NCBI GenBank assembly: GCA_019358915.1
Contig: JAHHIM010000065.1
Coordinates: forward strand, 224,001-288,000
Origin: Trichormus sp. ATA11-4-KO1
Lineage (GTDB): Bacteria > Cyanobacteriota > Cyanobacteriia > Cyanobacteriales > Nostocaceae
Length of the DNA: 64,000 nucleotides
Reading direction: 5' to 3'
The notes under the pieces were generated by a model that saw nothing but the letters and a program-made list of their open reading frames with translations, made no database searches and was not told the DNA's origin. The number at the start of each line of letters is the position of its first letter. Within the stretch, counting starts at the first letter, position 1. The translations under genes and the position numbers were made by a program. This document shows positions 45,905-59,008 of this stretch, piece by piece.

Positions 45905-46633
45905 ATGTTGCAAAACTCTGTACTAGTAGAACCTGTGATTGCTGTTCATAACGTCAACCACTACTTTGGTGGAGGTAATCTCCGCAAACAAGTTTTATTT
46001 GATATTAATTTGGAGATTAACGCTGGTGATATTGTGATTATGACCGGCCCCTCAGGTTCAGGAAAAACCACTTTGTTAACTCTCATGGGGGGACTACGTT
46101 CTGCTCAAGAAGGTAGTTTAAAAATTTTAGGACAGGAAATTTGTGGGGCTAATAAAGCACAGTTAACCCGACTGCGCCGCCAGATTGGCTATATTTTCCA
46201 AGCGCACAACCTCATGACTTTTTTGACAGCTAAAGACAATGTGCGAATGTCTTTAGAGTTGCATGACGATTTTTTAAATCAGGATGTCAACACCAAAGCG
46301 ATCGCGATGTTAGAAACTGTTGGTTTAGGTGATCATGTCAATTATTATCCAGAGAATTTGTCAGGAGGGCAAAAACAGAGAGTAGCGATCGCTCGCGCTT
46401 TAGTCAGCCATCCTCAAATTGTTTTGGCAGACGAACCCACGGCTGCACTTGACAAAAAATCTGGGCGTGATGTCGTCGAATTAATGCAGAAGCTAGCCAA
46501 AGAACAAGGCTGTACAATCTTGCTAGTTACCCACGACAACCGCATCCTTGATATTGCTGATCGCATCATTTATATGGAAGATGGTCAACTGAAAACTAAT
46601 GATGTCGATGTTGCTACAAAAATGCAAATCTAA
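45905..46633 (+). CDS. devA: DevA-family ABC ATPase
   Basis: GPSGSGKT, LSGGQKQR, ADEPT. Confidence 0.9.
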   Translation: MLQNSVLVEPVIAVHNVNHYFGGGNLRKQVLFDINLEINAGDIVIMTGPSGSGKTTLLTLMGGLRSAQEGSLKILGQEICGANKAQLTRLRRQIGYIFQAHNLMTFLTAKDNVRMSLELHDDFLNQDVNTKAIAMLETVGLGDHVNYYPENLSGGQKQRVAIARALVSHPQIVLADEPTAALDKKSGRDVVELMQKLAKEQGCTILLVTHDNRILDIADRIIYMEDGQLKTNDVDVATKMQI

Positions 46634-46730
46634 ATATTTATCAAAAAAGGCAAAAAAGAGAGAGTAGGAGTGTGGAAAAATGCTCTTTCTACACTCCTCT
46701 AAACCTCTGCTTCTTGTTACTTAAATAACT

Positions 46731-47504
46731 TTAGTTATAGTAAAACTTAGCATTTTTCAGTGCCCTAATTCTAGCTAGATTTAAGCGGTAGTGATAGCTA
46801 ATTCTTCGTTCCCATTTTTCCCAAAAACTTTTCTGTTCCTTGGTATACGAAGCATCATAATGATGCGTGATATTTTTAATTTTTTGCCAGCCATCTGTGC
46901 CAATAGTCCACCCTACTTTGGCAGCAGCTAATCCCATGGCATTACCTACACCAGCATGAATGCCTTTTAATTCTAAATATCTCCCAATAATTCCCCAATA
47001 CTTCAAATACTCTAGTTCTCTACCTTCATCTCTAGCAATAATAAATAAAGATTCTCCTACATATGTAGTATTTTCTAGATGCAGATTTAAATGTGCAGCC
47101 ACCTTTTGAAGAGACTGCAATCTCTCAGGCGTGTATCTACTAACATGTTCAATTAAATTTTCATAATGTCCTACTGTGATTCCAGGTTTCCACTCCAAAT
47201 TATCTGGTAGGGGAGCTAATATCCTAGTATCTGCATCAATATAAATAACAGCAGGAAATTTTGATAAGGCTATTTCCATGACAATACTTTTGTCATGATA
47301 ACAAAGAAGAATGCCTTTTTGGCGATGTTTAAAAGCTAGAACATTCGGAAAATCACTGAAATCATTGATGTCATCTGTAAAAACTAACAGTGAAGTTCCT
47401 GGAGCGTATTTTTCTAAATCACTAGCCAATTGCCGAGCCAGAAGACGGTACTTCTTTCTCAAAGCTAATGTGCAAAAACAGTAATATTTTTGTTCTTGAC
47501 TCAT
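46731..47504 (-). CDS. Hypothetical protein, possible GT-A glycosyltransferase
   Basis: VFTD and YIDAD (DxD) motifs. Confidence 0.5.
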   Translation of the reverse strand: MSQEQKYYCFCTLALRKKYRLLARQLASDLEKYAPGTSLLVFTDDINDFSDFPNVLAFKHRQKGILLCYHDKSIVMEIALSKFPAVIYIDADTRILAPLPDNLEWKPGITVGHYENLIEHVSRYTPERLQSLQKVAAHLNLHLENTTYVGESLFIIARDEGRELEYLKYWGIIGRYLELKGIHAGVGNAMGLAAAKVGWTIGTDGWQKIKNITHHYDASYTKEQKSFWEKWERRISYHYRLNLARIRALKNAKFYYN

Positions 47505-48320
47505 AAACTACTGATGATTTTAATGTAATATTTATGGATGTAGCCGAGCAAAAAGTAAATAAACAAACCTCGTAATATATCATACAGCGATCGCACGAGT
47601 AGTGAGCCAAATTTATCTGCTTTTCCGTAGCTTAAATTTTAAGTAATTAATTATACTTTTTAGTTTCCCTTGGGAATCTGGCTCTTTACTTGAATAGTGG
47701 TAACTACTTATAATCAGCAGTTTCCAGATGTCAGGTATTTTGCTTGGTGTCTTAGTGTCTTAGTGGTTAAAAAAATGACTTTTGAATTATAAAGTTACAA
47801 AGGTGGAAAGCCTAAAATTTTGTCCAATATTCGGTAGTTTTTACTCACATTGAAAGGGCTAGTACTTATACTCAGCACTTTTTAAGTGAGTGAATTAATC
47901 TCTAGAAAATAAAATAAATATTAAATGCATTTTTTCTGCAAAAAAAATGATAGGTTAGATACAGATTAAGATTTACTCGTAAGCCAAATTCTGACGCGCT
48001 CATCTAACTCAATCTAATTCACCAGTTGATTAAGCAGACAACAGCTAATTATGCTTGCTTGTAGCTAAAAATTGTCAATAGATATATCATGGGAAGTAAC
48101 ACAAATCCTTGTTTGGTGCTACTTATGCAAATTTTCAGTCACAAATTTCTCTGCAAAAATTAAATAAATATAAATTGGATTTTTTGGCAAAAAAAAATGA
48201 TATGTTGGATACAGAATTGAATTTCGCACGTATCTGGAGTAGTCCGACGTGAATCTGCTCCAGTTTTTCCCCCTTAAACTCCTAAGCTTTTTATGTTTTA
48301 AATGGGATTTAAGGGTAGTT

Positions 48321-48702
48321 TGAGTACATAATAAAATAACCCAAAATCATTTCAAACCGAGCGAAAACCTTTGCTATGACTGGATTTTGGCTGAGTACAA
48401 AGAAATCCTGAACCTCTCTTCATAAATACTCGTACCCCAAGTAAAAAATACTAGTACCCCTACCCAAAAAATAAATTTTTAATTCTTGTAAAGCCCAAAT
48501 AAGTAGGGTTTGAAAATTTGAGTACAAGCGTAATAAATCCAATAAATTCTATCCTCAATAGACGCGCCAACCATTTGAGGACAACTGATATAAATCTTAT
48601 ATCGCCAATCACTCAACGCTCGAACCAAAAGTAATAGCGAAGAGTGAGTGGAGGGATGAGATAGCACCATGCCTCTGTGAATAAAAGTCGCGGCTGTACT
48701 CA
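48321..48702. promoter_or_regulatory. Cluster of TGAGTACA motifs upstream of nifB (candidate CnfR/PatB-responsive sites)
   Basis: TGAGTACA at 48321, 48392, 48519 and inverted at 48695. Confidence 0.65.
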
Positions 48703-48919
48703 CAAACAAATTCCACCCAAGACCTAAACGTTGACACACACCAGCCGATAGCGAAGCGTGGCATTAGCCATACCTGAGTCAACAGTAAACAAATTGATAA
48801 ATGTTAACTGTTAACTGCTAACTGTTTGAATACAAGACGCGACTTTATTTCCTGGGTAAAGACAGTAGCAACGGCATCTCCCACTGTGGCATCCAGTCCA
48901 CCGACCCTTGCGAAATTCA

Positions 48920-50368
48920 ATGACACTACCGTCTTCAGGACTCCTCTCCTCCGACCATCAGGAACTAGCAGTTACCCCAGCAAAATCAGGTGGTTGCGGA
49001 TGTGACAGCAGCACCACCGTGGAAATGGATGAAAAACTCCAAGAACGGATCGCCAAGCATCCCTGCTACAGCGAAGATGCTCATCACCACTACGCCAGAA
49101 TGCACGTTGCAGTTGCACCAGCTTGCAATATTCAATGCAACTATTGCAACCGTAAATACGACTGCGCTAACGAAAGTCGTCCTGGGGTAGTTAGCGAGTT
49201 GCTGACACCAGAAGAAGCAGCACACAAAGCTTTGGTGATTGCAGGCAAAATTCCCCAAATGACAGTCGTGGGAATTGCGGGGCCTGGTGATCCATTGGCG
49301 AATCCCGAAAAAACTTTCCGCACCTTTGAGTTGATTGCAGACAAAGCACCAGACATCAAGCTTTGCTTATCAACCAACGGTTTAATGCTACCCGAATACA
49401 TCGATCGCATCAAACAACTAAATATAGATCACGTTACTATCACCCTAAATACCATCGACCCAGAAATCGGCGCTCAGATTTACTCTTGGGTTCACTACAA
49501 GCGCAAGCGTTATAGAGGCGTTGAAGGTGCTAAGATTCTGCTTGAAAAGCAGATGGAAGGCTTGCAAGCACTCAAAGAAGCTGACATTTTGTGCAAAGTC
49601 AACTCCGTGATGATTCCCGGAATTAATGATCAGCACCTGATCGAAGTCAATAAAATGATTCGGGAAAACGGTGCATTTCTGCACAATATCATGCCACTGA
49701 TTTCGGCACCGGAACACGGCACATACTTCGGTTTAACAGGTCAACGCGGCCCCACACCCAAAGAAGTTAAGTCAGTTCAAGACAATTGTGCTGGCAACAT
49801 GAAAATGATGCGCCATTGTCGTCAGTGCCGAGCCGATGCTGTAGGATTATTGGGAGAAGACCGCAGCCAAGAATTTACCAAAGATAAGTTCTTGGAAATG
49901 TCCCCAGAATATGACCTTGAGCAACGCACCCTAGTTCATGAAGGGATTGAAAAATTTAAAGAAGAGCTAAAAATAGCCAAAGATAAGGCACGTGCAAGCA
50001 AGAAATTTGCCAGCAATCCCAAAATTCTCGTTGCAGTCGCCACCAAAGGCGGTGGATTAGTTAACCAACACTTCGGTCATGCCAAGGAATTCCAAATTTA
50101 CGAAGTAGATGGTAATGAAGTTCGCTTTATCGGTCATCGCAAGATTGACCAATATTGCCAAGGTGGATTTAGTGAAGAAGCCACTTTCGAGCATATCATG
50201 CAAGCGATCGCAGATTGCAAAGCAGTTTTAGTCTCCAAGATTGGTAACTGTCCTCAAGAAAAACTGCAAGCAGCTGGTATACAGACCGTTGAAGCTTACG
50301 ACGTGATTGAAAAGGTTGCTTTGGAATTTTACGAGCAATATGTCCAGGAGTTAGGGAATAGGGAATAG
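48920..50368 (+). CDS. nifB: FeMo-cofactor biosynthesis radical SAM protein NifB
   Basis: [13 protein letters not shown]-terminal NifX-like domain. Confidence 0.98.
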   Translation: MTLPSSGLLSSDHQELAVTPAKSGGCGCDSSTTVEMDEKLQERIAKHPCYSEDAHHHYARMHVAVAPACNIQCNYCNRKYDCANESRPGVVSELLTPEEAAHKALVIAGKIPQMTVVGIAGPGDPLANPEKTFRTFELIADKAPDIKLCLSTNGLMLPEYIDRIKQLNIDHVTITLNTIDPEIGAQIYSWVHYKRKRYRGVEGAKILLEKQMEGLQALKEADILCKVNSVMIPGINDQHLIEVNKMIRENGAFLHNIMPLISAPEHGTYFGLTGQRGPTPKEVKSVQDNCAGNMKMMRHCRQCRADAVGLLGEDRSQEFTKDKFLEMSPEYDLEQRTLVHEGIEKFKEELKIAKDKARASKKFASNPKILVAVATKGGGLVNQHFGHAKEFQIYEVDGNEVRFIGHRKIDQYCQGGFSEEATFEHIMQAIADCKAVLVSKIGNCPQEKLQAAGIQTVEAYDVIEKVALEFYEQYVQELGNRE

Positions 50369-50554
50369 GTGAGACCAGCGCGGTCTTGGGGAGCCACTGC
50401 GGTCTTGAGGTTTCCCCAAGTGGAGCAAGTGGCGTGGTTTCCCCCATGAGCGACTGGCAAACCCGAAGGGGAGTAGGGATTAGGGATGCAAAAATCCCCT
50501 CCCCACTCACCACTCACCATTCACCACTCCCCCATTTCAACAAGGAGAATAATC

Positions 50555-50908
50555 ATGGCTTACACCATCACTAGCCAATGTATTTCCTGCAATCTCTGTC
50601 TGTCTGCTTGTCCTACTGGTGCAGTTAAAGTAATTGACGGTAATCACTGGATTGACCCTGAACTTTGCACAAACTGCGCTGGTAATATTTACTCTGTACC
50701 TCAGTGTAAAGCTGGTTGTCCCACCTGCAATGGTTGCGTTAAGCAGCCTAACGATTATTGGGAAGGCTGGTTTGCTAATTACAACCACTCTTTAGCAAAA
50801 TTAACCAACAAAAAAGATTACTGGGAGCGCTGGTTTGAATATTACTCTCAAAAATTCTCAGAACAAATATCTCGGCATCAGAGCGGAGTTGTAGGTGTAT
50901 CAGGATGA
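50555..50908 (+). CDS. fdxN: Ferredoxin FdxN, uninterrupted
   Basis: CISCNLCLSACP, CTNC...QCKAGCP; AGGAG RBS; between nifB and nifS. Confidence 0.93.
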   Translation: MAYTITSQCISCNLCLSACPTGAVKVIDGNHWIDPELCTNCAGNIYSVPQCKAGCPTCNGCVKQPNDYWEGWFANYNHSLAKLTNKKDYWERWFEYYSQKFSEQISRHQSGVVGVSG

Positions 50909-52107
50909 GCATCATTTATTTAGACAATAATGCCACAACTAAGGTAGACCCAGAAGTTATAGAAGTGATGTTGCCTTATTTGCGGGACTACTACGGTAAC
51001 CCCTCAAGTATGCACACCTTTGGGGGACAAGTTGGCAAAGCTGTAAAAATAGCCAGGCAACAACTAGCAGCCCTCATCGGTGCAGATGAATCGGAAATTG
51101 TCTACACCAGTTGCGGTACAGAGGGAGATAACGCGGCTATTCGCGCCGCCCTGTTGGCACAACCAGAAAAGCGACATATCATCACGACGCAAGTTGAACA
51201 CCCAGCAGTGTTGAATGTCTGCAAACAACTGGAAACCCAAGGTTACAATGTTACCTATCTGTCGGTGAATCGTCAGGGACAGTTGGATCTCAATGAATTA
51301 GAGGCCTCCTTGACTGGTAACACCGCCTTGGTGACGATTATGTATGCCAACAACGAAACAGGTACCATTTTCCCCATTGAGCAAATTGGCTTACGAGTCA
51401 AAGAATATGGCGCTCTCTTTCATGTAGATGCGGTGCAAGCCGTGGGCAAAATCCCCATGAACATGAAGAACAGCACCATCGATATGTTGACCTTATCTGG
51501 TCATAAAATTCATGCTCCCAAGGGAATTGGTGCTTTGTATGTGCGGCGCGGTGTGCGGTTCCGTCCCTTGTTACTTGGGGGACATCAAGAACGTGGTCGG
51601 CGGGCAGGAACAGAGAATGTTCCAGCTATAATTGCTTTGGGTAAAGCGGCAGAATTGGAACTCTTGCATTTAGAAGAGGCTACCACAAGAGAAAGAAAAC
51701 TACGCGATCGCCTAGAGCAAACCTTACTCGCTAAAATTCCCAACTGCGAAGTTAATGGCGATCCAACGCAGAGATTACCAAACACCACCAATATTGGTTT
51801 CAAGTACATTGAAGGTGAAGCAATTCTGCTCTCTTTGAACAAATACGGCATCTGTGCCTCATCTGGTTCTGCTTGTACCTCCGGCTCTTTAGAACCTTCC
51901 CACGTTTTGCGGGCGATGGGTTTACCCTACACCACTTTACACGGCTCCATTCGTTTCAGTCTTTCTCGCTACACCACGGAAGCCGAAATTGACAAAGTAA
52001 TAGAAGTAATGCCCGATATTGTCGAACGTTTACGCGCCATGTCCCCCTTCAAAAAGGATGATGCGGATTGGTTGCAAGAACAAGCACAAGCACTAGCTCA
52101 TAGTTAG
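50905..52107 (+). CDS. nifS: Cysteine desulfurase NifS
   Basis: YLDNNATT, SGHK, SSGSACTS. Confidence 0.97.
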   Translation: MSIIYLDNNATTKVDPEVIEVMLPYLRDYYGNPSSMHTFGGQVGKAVKIARQQLAALIGADESEIVYTSCGTEGDNAAIRAALLAQPEKRHIITTQVEHPAVLNVCKQLETQGYNVTYLSVNRQGQLDLNELEASLTGNTALVTIMYANNETGTIFPIEQIGLRVKEYGALFHVDAVQAVGKIPMNMKNSTIDMLTLSGHKIHAPKGIGALYVRRGVRFRPLLLGGHQERGRRAGTENVPAIIALGKAAELELLHLEEATTRERKLRDRLEQTLLAKIPNCEVNGDPTQRLPNTTNIGFKYIEGEAILLSLNKYGICASSGSACTSGSLEPSHVLRAMGLPYTTLHGSIRFSLSRYTTEAEIDKVIEVMPDIVERLRAMSPFKKDDADWLQEQAQALAHS

Positions 52108-52197
52108 GGAAGAAGCAGGGGAGCAGGGGAGAGAGTTATTCCTCATTTTCCTCATCCCTCAAATCTCAAATCTCAAATCTCAAATCTAAAATCGACC

Positions 52198-53112
52198 ATG
52201 TGGGACTACACAGATAAAGTATTAGACTTGTTTTACAATCCCAAGAACCAGGGAGCTATTGAAGAAACTGACGAACCTGGTGTAAAGGTAGCAATGGGAG
52301 AAATTGGTAGTATTGCTTGTGGTGATGCTTTAAGATTGCATTTGAAAGTTGAAGTAGCCTCTGACACAATTTTGGATGCTCGCTTTCAAACCTTTGGCTG
52401 CACCAGTGCGATCGCTTCTTCTAGTGCTTTGACTGAAATGATCAAGGGTTTAACTTTAGATGAAGCCTTGAAGGTCTCCAATAAAGAAATTGCCGACTAC
52501 CTCGGCGGATTACCTGAAGCCAAAATGCACTGTTCTGTCATGGGGCAAGAAGCGCTAGAAGCTGCTATTTATAATTATCGTGGCATTCCTCTAGCTACCC
52601 ATGACGACGATGACGAAGGCGCATTAATTTGTAGCTGCTTTGGGATCACCGAATCCAAAATTCGCCGTGTGATTGTCGAAAATCATCTCACTGATGCAGA
52701 ACAGGTAACAAATTATGTCAAAGCTGGCGGCGGATGCGGTTCCTGTTTAGCGAATATTGATGATATTATAAGAAGTGTAAAGGAACAAGCCGCCGCACCT
52801 GCTCTTAACAACCACAGCGTCGGAGTTACTACAGATATTGCTAATTCTCAGCCGCAATCGCCAAGACCTCTCACAAACGTGCAGAAGATTGCATTGATTC
52901 AAAAAGTCTTAGATGAAGAAGTCAGACCCGTATTGATCGCTGACGGCGGAGATGTAGAACTTTACGACGTAGATGGCGATAGAGTCAAGGTTTTATTGCA
53001 AGGCGCTTGTGGTTCTTGTTCTAGTAGTACAGCCACTCTCAAGATTGCGATCGAAGCCAGATTACAGGATCGAGTCAGCAAAAACCTTGTAGTCGAAGCA
53101 GTCGAACCATAA
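52198..53112 (+). CDS. nifU: Fe-S scaffold NifU
   Basis: ACGD, FGC, KMHC, GACGSC; three-domain layout. Confidence 0.97.
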   Translation: MWDYTDKVLDLFYNPKNQGAIEETDEPGVKVAMGEIGSIACGDALRLHLKVEVASDTILDARFQTFGCTSAIASSSALTEMIKGLTLDEALKVSNKEIADYLGGLPEAKMHCSVMGQEALEAAIYNYRGIPLATHDDDDEGALICSCFGITESKIRRVIVENHLTDAEQVTNYVKAGGGCGSCLANIDDIIRSVKEQAAAPALNNHSVGVTTDIANSQPQSPRPLTNVQKIALIQKVLDEEVRPVLIADGGDVELYDVDGDRVKVLLQGACGSCSSSTATLKIAIEARLQDRVSKNLVVEAVEP

Positions 53113-53284
53113 CTTACAGATTTACGCACCACACAAATAAATCCTGTAATTCATTCACCAGGAACAAGAAGTAGGATTTGACCCAAATCTTCGCTCCATC
53201 AATGCTTCAGTCTTAAAGTACATAGGTGAAAGTCAACACCTAATTGCACATTTCATGATCCCACACGCTTCAAAGGAACAGGAT

Positions 53285-53641
53285 ATGAGTACATTGTACG
53301 ACAAAATTGGTGGACAACCGACTATTGAAAAAGTGGTTGATGAGCTACACAAAAGCATTATGGCAGACAACAGTCTCAAACCCTTTTTCGCTAACACAGA
53401 TATGGCGAAACAACGCGCTCATCAAGTTGCATTTTTCTCTCTGATGTTTGAAGGGCCAAAGCAATACAGTGGCCGTTCTATGGACAAAACCCACACAGGG
53501 ATGAATCTCAATGACCAACACTTCGACGCTATTGTCAAGCATTTGAATGCGGCAATGGCTGCAAGTGGAGTATCAGCAGAAGACACCAGCGCTGCCTTAA
53601 CTCGCGTTTCCAGCTTAAAGGGCGCAATTCTCAACAAATAA
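53285..53641 (+). CDS. glbN: Cyanoglobin (group 1 truncated hemoglobin)
   Basis: MSTLYDKIGG...FFANTDMAKQRAHQ...H; 118 aa between nifU and nifH. Confidence 0.93.
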   Translation: MSTLYDKIGGQPTIEKVVDELHKSIMADNSLKPFFANTDMAKQRAHQVAFFSLMFEGPKQYSGRSMDKTHTGMNLNDQHFDAIVKHLNAAMAASGVSAEDTSAALTRVSSLKGAILNK

Positions 53642-53911
53642 GGACTTCTGCATTGATTGACGAATAACTACCTCAAGTCCTCCTTTATTTTCTCCCTATA
53701 TTTGTAAAGTGTGTAATTCCTTTGTCATTTGCTTGACAAATGGCAAAGGAGAAAAATAAACAAACTCACAGAAATAAACTTAACCCGAATCATTATGACT
53801 CCAACACCAACTGATTTTGTTGTGGAGCGAGCGCCACCAGCGATGCTCTCTCTACATGCGCTCACTGCTGTAGCTCAACAGGCGTGAACGTCAACACAAA
53901 AGACCCACTAA

Positions 53912-54841
<930 letters not shown>

Positions 54842-54968
54842 TCACCAAAGGAAAAAGGAAAAGGCAAGAACTCATATCTTACCTTTTACCTTTAACCTTC
54901 TCCCCCCCTACTCTTAGGGGACTTCCATCTACCCTATCCCCAGATCCTTAGGAACTCGAGAGGCTAAA

Positions 54969-56331
54969 ATGACACCTCCAGAAAACAACAAGATTGTTGA
55001 AGAAAGAAAAGAGCTAATTAAAGAAGTTCTAGAAGCTTACCCCGATAAAGCTAAGAAAAAACGGGAAAAGCACTTAAATGTATTTGAAGAAGGTAAGAGC
55101 GATTGCGGCGTTAAATCTAACGTTAAATCTCTTCCTGGTGTAATGACCGCTCGTGGTTGTGCTTATGCAGGTTCTAAAGGTGTGGTTTGGGGTCCTATTA
55201 AGGACATGATCCACATCAGCCACGGGCCTGTAGGTTGTGGTTACTGGTCTTGGTCTGGTCGTCGTAACTACTACATTGGTACTACAGGTGTTGACACCTT
55301 TGGTACCATGCACTTCACCTCTGACTTCCAAGAACGGGACATCGTTTTCGGTGGTGACAAAAAACTACTGAAACTGATCCAAGAATTGGAAGTACTCTTC
55401 CCCCTTAACCGTGGTGTATCCATTCAATCTGAATGTCCCATCGGTCTAATTGGGGATGACATCGAAGCTGTGGCTCGTAAAGCATCCAAAGAAATTGACA
55501 AGCCTGTTGTTCCCGTTCGTTGCGAAGGCTTTCGGGGTGTTTCCCAGTCCTTGGGTCACCACATCGCTAACGACATGATTCGTGACTGGGTATTCCCCAG
55601 ATCCGATAAAGCTAAAGCTGACGGTTCACTGAATTTTGATTCTACTCCTTACGATGTAGCAATTATCGGTGACTACAACATCGGTGGTGATGCTTGGGCT
55701 AGCCGCATCCTACTAGAAGAAATCGGCTTGCGCGTAGTCGCTCAGTGGTCTGGTGACGGTACTATCAACGAAATGTTGATGACCCCCAACGTGAAGATGA
55801 ACCTTATCCACTGTTATCGGTCGATGAACTACATCAGCCGTCACATGGAAGAAAAATATGGTATTCCCTGGTTAGAATACAACTTCTTTGGCCCTACCAA
55901 GATTGCTGAATCTCTACGGGAAATTGCTTCTAAATTTGACTCGAAAATCCAAGAAAACGCTGAGAAGGTAATTGCCAAGTATCAGCCCACAATGGATGCG
56001 ATCGTTGAGAAGTACCGTCCCCGTTTGGAAGGTAAGACTGTAGCCATGATGGTTGGCGGTCTACGTCCTCGCCACGTTGTACCCGCTTTCCAAGATTTGG
56101 GTATGAAGATGGTTGGTACAGGTTATGAGTTCGCTCACAACGACGACTACAAACGTACTACCCACTACATCGAAAATGGTACTATCGTCTACGATGACGT
56201 AACTGCTTATGAATTCGAGGAGTTCGTTAAAGCACTTAAGCCAGACTTAATTGCTTCTGGTGTGAAAGAGAAGTACGTCTTCCAAAAGATGGGTCTACCT
56301 TTCCGTCAAATGCACTCTTGGGATTACTCCG
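54969..56331 (+). CDS. nifD: Nitrogenase MoFe alpha chain, 5' portion interrupted by excision element
   Basis: NifD sequence to MHSWDYS, then diverges where GPYHG is expected; ORF reads on to a stop at 56378. Confidence 0.97.
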
Positions 56332-56616
56332 AACCTAGCGATCGCTCTTACAAGTCAATTAAATCAAGCTTTTTTTAGCAGCAAGAGAAAATAGAGTCTA
56401 TTTCTAGCCTAAATACGAGTTTTAGGATATCTAGGAACAATACATTTTTAATACTTGAGACAATATAACTCTTATGGGAATTGGTTTTTGAGTTTGGCTA
56501 AATTTTATTTAAAGCAAAACTGTAAATCAAAATACTTTTTTAACTGATATTTTTTTAGATTAAAACAGGCGATCGCTTGCTGGAAGACGAAATTGGCAAA
56601 AGCTGACATTTGTACT

Positions 56617-57035
56617 TTACAGTTTCTTGAAGTATCTAGCGACTGGCCACAAATCAAAGCCCACCTTTTCATAAGTATGACGCGCTGCGCTATGACCAGG
56701 ATCACCTCCAGTTTCCACCATAGCAATAGACATCCCCGCATCTTTCATCCAGTCTAGAGCGAATTTTATCAGAGCGCTGCCAATGCCGCGACCTTGAAAA
56801 TCTGGATCGACAGCCACCATGTAAATTTTACCCATGCTATCCTCTGAGTGGAGTTTCACGGCTACAAAGCCTACAGCAGAACCTGCATCGATAGCAACCC
56901 ATACATTGGTGTCTTCTGCAACGCAAACATCCTCAACAGCCTTTTGCTGGCTCACACGCCAATTATCGGGATAAAATGCCCGGTATACATCAGCATTCAT
57001 CGTGTTCTGAATCGAATCAAAAACTGGAGTTGAAC
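56617..57035 (-). pseudogene. GNAT acetyltransferase, 5'-truncated
   Basis: AVDPDFQGRGIG, YEKVGF; frame extends upstream to PVFDSIQNT with no convincing start. Confidence 0.6.
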
Positions 57036-57257
57036 AGTTGCAACTGAAAGGGATTAGTCATTAAGAAAGGAGATACAATTTGTTATTGTGGCTCAGCCTG
57101 GGAAAGCTAAACCAGTTCTTGGATCATGAATGTACAAACATAGTGTAAGCGATCGCATGACTTAATCCCAAATAGAGGTCAAGACCATCACAAACTTCTA
57201 GTAAATTCTAATTGTTATTATTCATGATTTTTGTGTAAGATTAGCAACATTTAATAT

Positions 57258-57836
57258 TTAATCGGGGAAAGCCATACCTGTCATGGGATCACGGATATAC
57301 AACCCTAGCGTCAGACTACCCATCACTTCATCCCAAACGGGTATTAGTTGCTCTGCTTGATCTGCCCAATAATCCAATGTAATTAAGCATTGCACATTTG
57401 ACCCCAAACCGATGCAAGTTCGTGAAAAAGCTTCTCGTGGTTTTTCTTGGGTGTCAATAAACTTAATCTCTGTCCAGACAATTTTGGCAGTTTGGCGCTT
57501 GACAGTGACAATTTCTCCTCTAGCAATGACGTTACGCTCGTCTTCGTCCATTATTTTCTTCAAGGTGGATTTTAACGGAAACATACTCCAGTCACGGGGA
57601 GGTAGAGGATTGAAAGATACTTCTAAGCAACAATCATCGTTAGGGGGTTTTTGATCACGAAACTTGAAAGATTTTTCTTGCGGTTCAAAAAACCAATTAT
57701 GGGGGACATTAAAGCGCACAGCCCCACGATTTGCTACAAAAATCTTGTAGCCTGATGGAGATTCCCAGCGATGGTCAGGCTTTAGTTCAAGCGTTTCTTT
57801 AATCCACTGGAGATTGCTTTTTTTACGCTTTGCCAT
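57258..57836 (-). CDS. Hypothetical protein
   Basis: Clean 192-aa ATG ORF, function not recognised. Confidence 0.7.
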   Translation of the reverse strand: MAKRKKSNLQWIKETLELKPDHRWESPSGYKIFVANRGAVRFNVPHNWFFEPQEKSFKFRDQKPPNDDCCLEVSFNPLPPRDWSMFPLKSTLKKIMDEDERNVIARGEIVTVKRQTAKIVWTEIKFIDTQEKPREAFSRTCIGLGSNVQCLITLDYWADQAEQLIPVWDEVMGSLTLGLYIRDPMTGMAFPD

Positions 57837-58074
57837 AGTTTTTTGCCAGTCTGCTGAAGATTACGTAGGCGTAACTTGTCGTAGACGTTGTAAGCGATCG
57901 CCCACTTTGTCAATAGTACCAAATTGCTAGTATTTTATAGTTGTGAATTAGGACAATGCACCACATCGTACCCTGGCATCTTCATCAGAATGGCAGATTA
58001 AGCAATAGTCAGCAAATATAATTTTTCTCAACATCATCCAGCAGTGCGTTGGCGTAGTTAACAAATGCGATCAC

Positions 58075-58617
58075 TCAGACTCGATCAAGCGATCAATGCG
58101 GTTCTGGTGGCAACTCCACACGTATCAAATCATGCGATCGCACCTTACCACCAATTAGCACGACACCCATCACACCTGCTTTGCGAATCAAATTACCCTG
58201 CTCGTCTCGGTCTCACACTGCCGCCATCAGACCTTCCTGAATTCCGTTAAGCTGGACACACGGGTTCCGTAAGCCAGTAATTTCAACTATCACCTGTGTG
58301 CCCAGGTATAGATGAGTACCCAGAGGTAGCCTAAGCAGGTCGATTCCTCGCGTCGTAATATTCTCTCCCATTTCACCTGCACCCACAGTAAAACCTTTGA
58401 CACAAAGTTCGTCATGCAGCTCAGAATGAATTAAATGCACTTGACGGAGATTAGGCTGATTCGGATTAACAGCTACCCGTGAACGATGCTTGACTGTCAC
58501 ACCCATATGTGCATCACCCTCAACGCCTAATCCTGGGAGTAACTGGATACTTGGCTGCTCATACTTCTTCATCGTATGCAAAGCACTTCTATGCACCGCT
58601 TTAACAACTCCATTCAT
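58075..58617 (-). pseudogene. MOSC-domain protein with internal stops
   Basis: GVEGDAH, GENITT, RNPC; continues GLMAAV*DRDEQGNLIRKAGVMG...PEPH*SLDRV*. Confidence 0.85.
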
Positions 58618-58741
58618 TCATCACATACCCTCGTTTGCTTGGCTCCAACTCTTACCACCCAAGGCTTCTTGAGTTTTGCATGATTGCTTGTACGATTATA
58701 TATGGCTAGGTAACGCTGTTAATTAACTAGAGGTAAAAATT

Positions 58742-59008
58742 ATGAACATCCAATTGAAAGCAGAATACGAGCAATTTATACAAACCCGAATTGCTACAGG
58801 TAGATATGAAAATGCTGAAGATGTGATTGTAAAAGCATTGAAACTACTGGAGGAATGGGAGAAGGGTTATCAGGAATGGGAAGAAGAAACTAAGAAAAAA
58901 CTAGAGGCTGGGTTGGCTTCTATCGAACGTGGAGACGTAGTAGATGGTGAAGTGGTGATGGTAAGACTGGAGGAGAAATTACGCCAAGCGCGTGAGGCTC
59001 AAGGATGA
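58742..59008 (+). CDS. ParD-like ribbon-helix-helix antitoxin
   Basis: FIQTRIATGRYENAEDVIVKALKLL. Confidence 0.88.
   Translation: MNIQLKAEYEQFIQTRIATGRYENAEDVIVKALKLLEEWEKGYQEWEEETKKKLEAGLASIERGDVVDGEVVMVRLEEKLRQAREAQG

Noticed and set aside
50369..50554. Short ORFs and an N-terminal extension of fdxN
   Set aside because: Nested short dispersed repeats and STRR heptamers; true start at 50555 follows an AGGAG RBS
56332..56378. nifD as a truncated pseudogene with a novel C-terminus
   Set aside because: Read-through into the excision element; explained by programmed rearrangement
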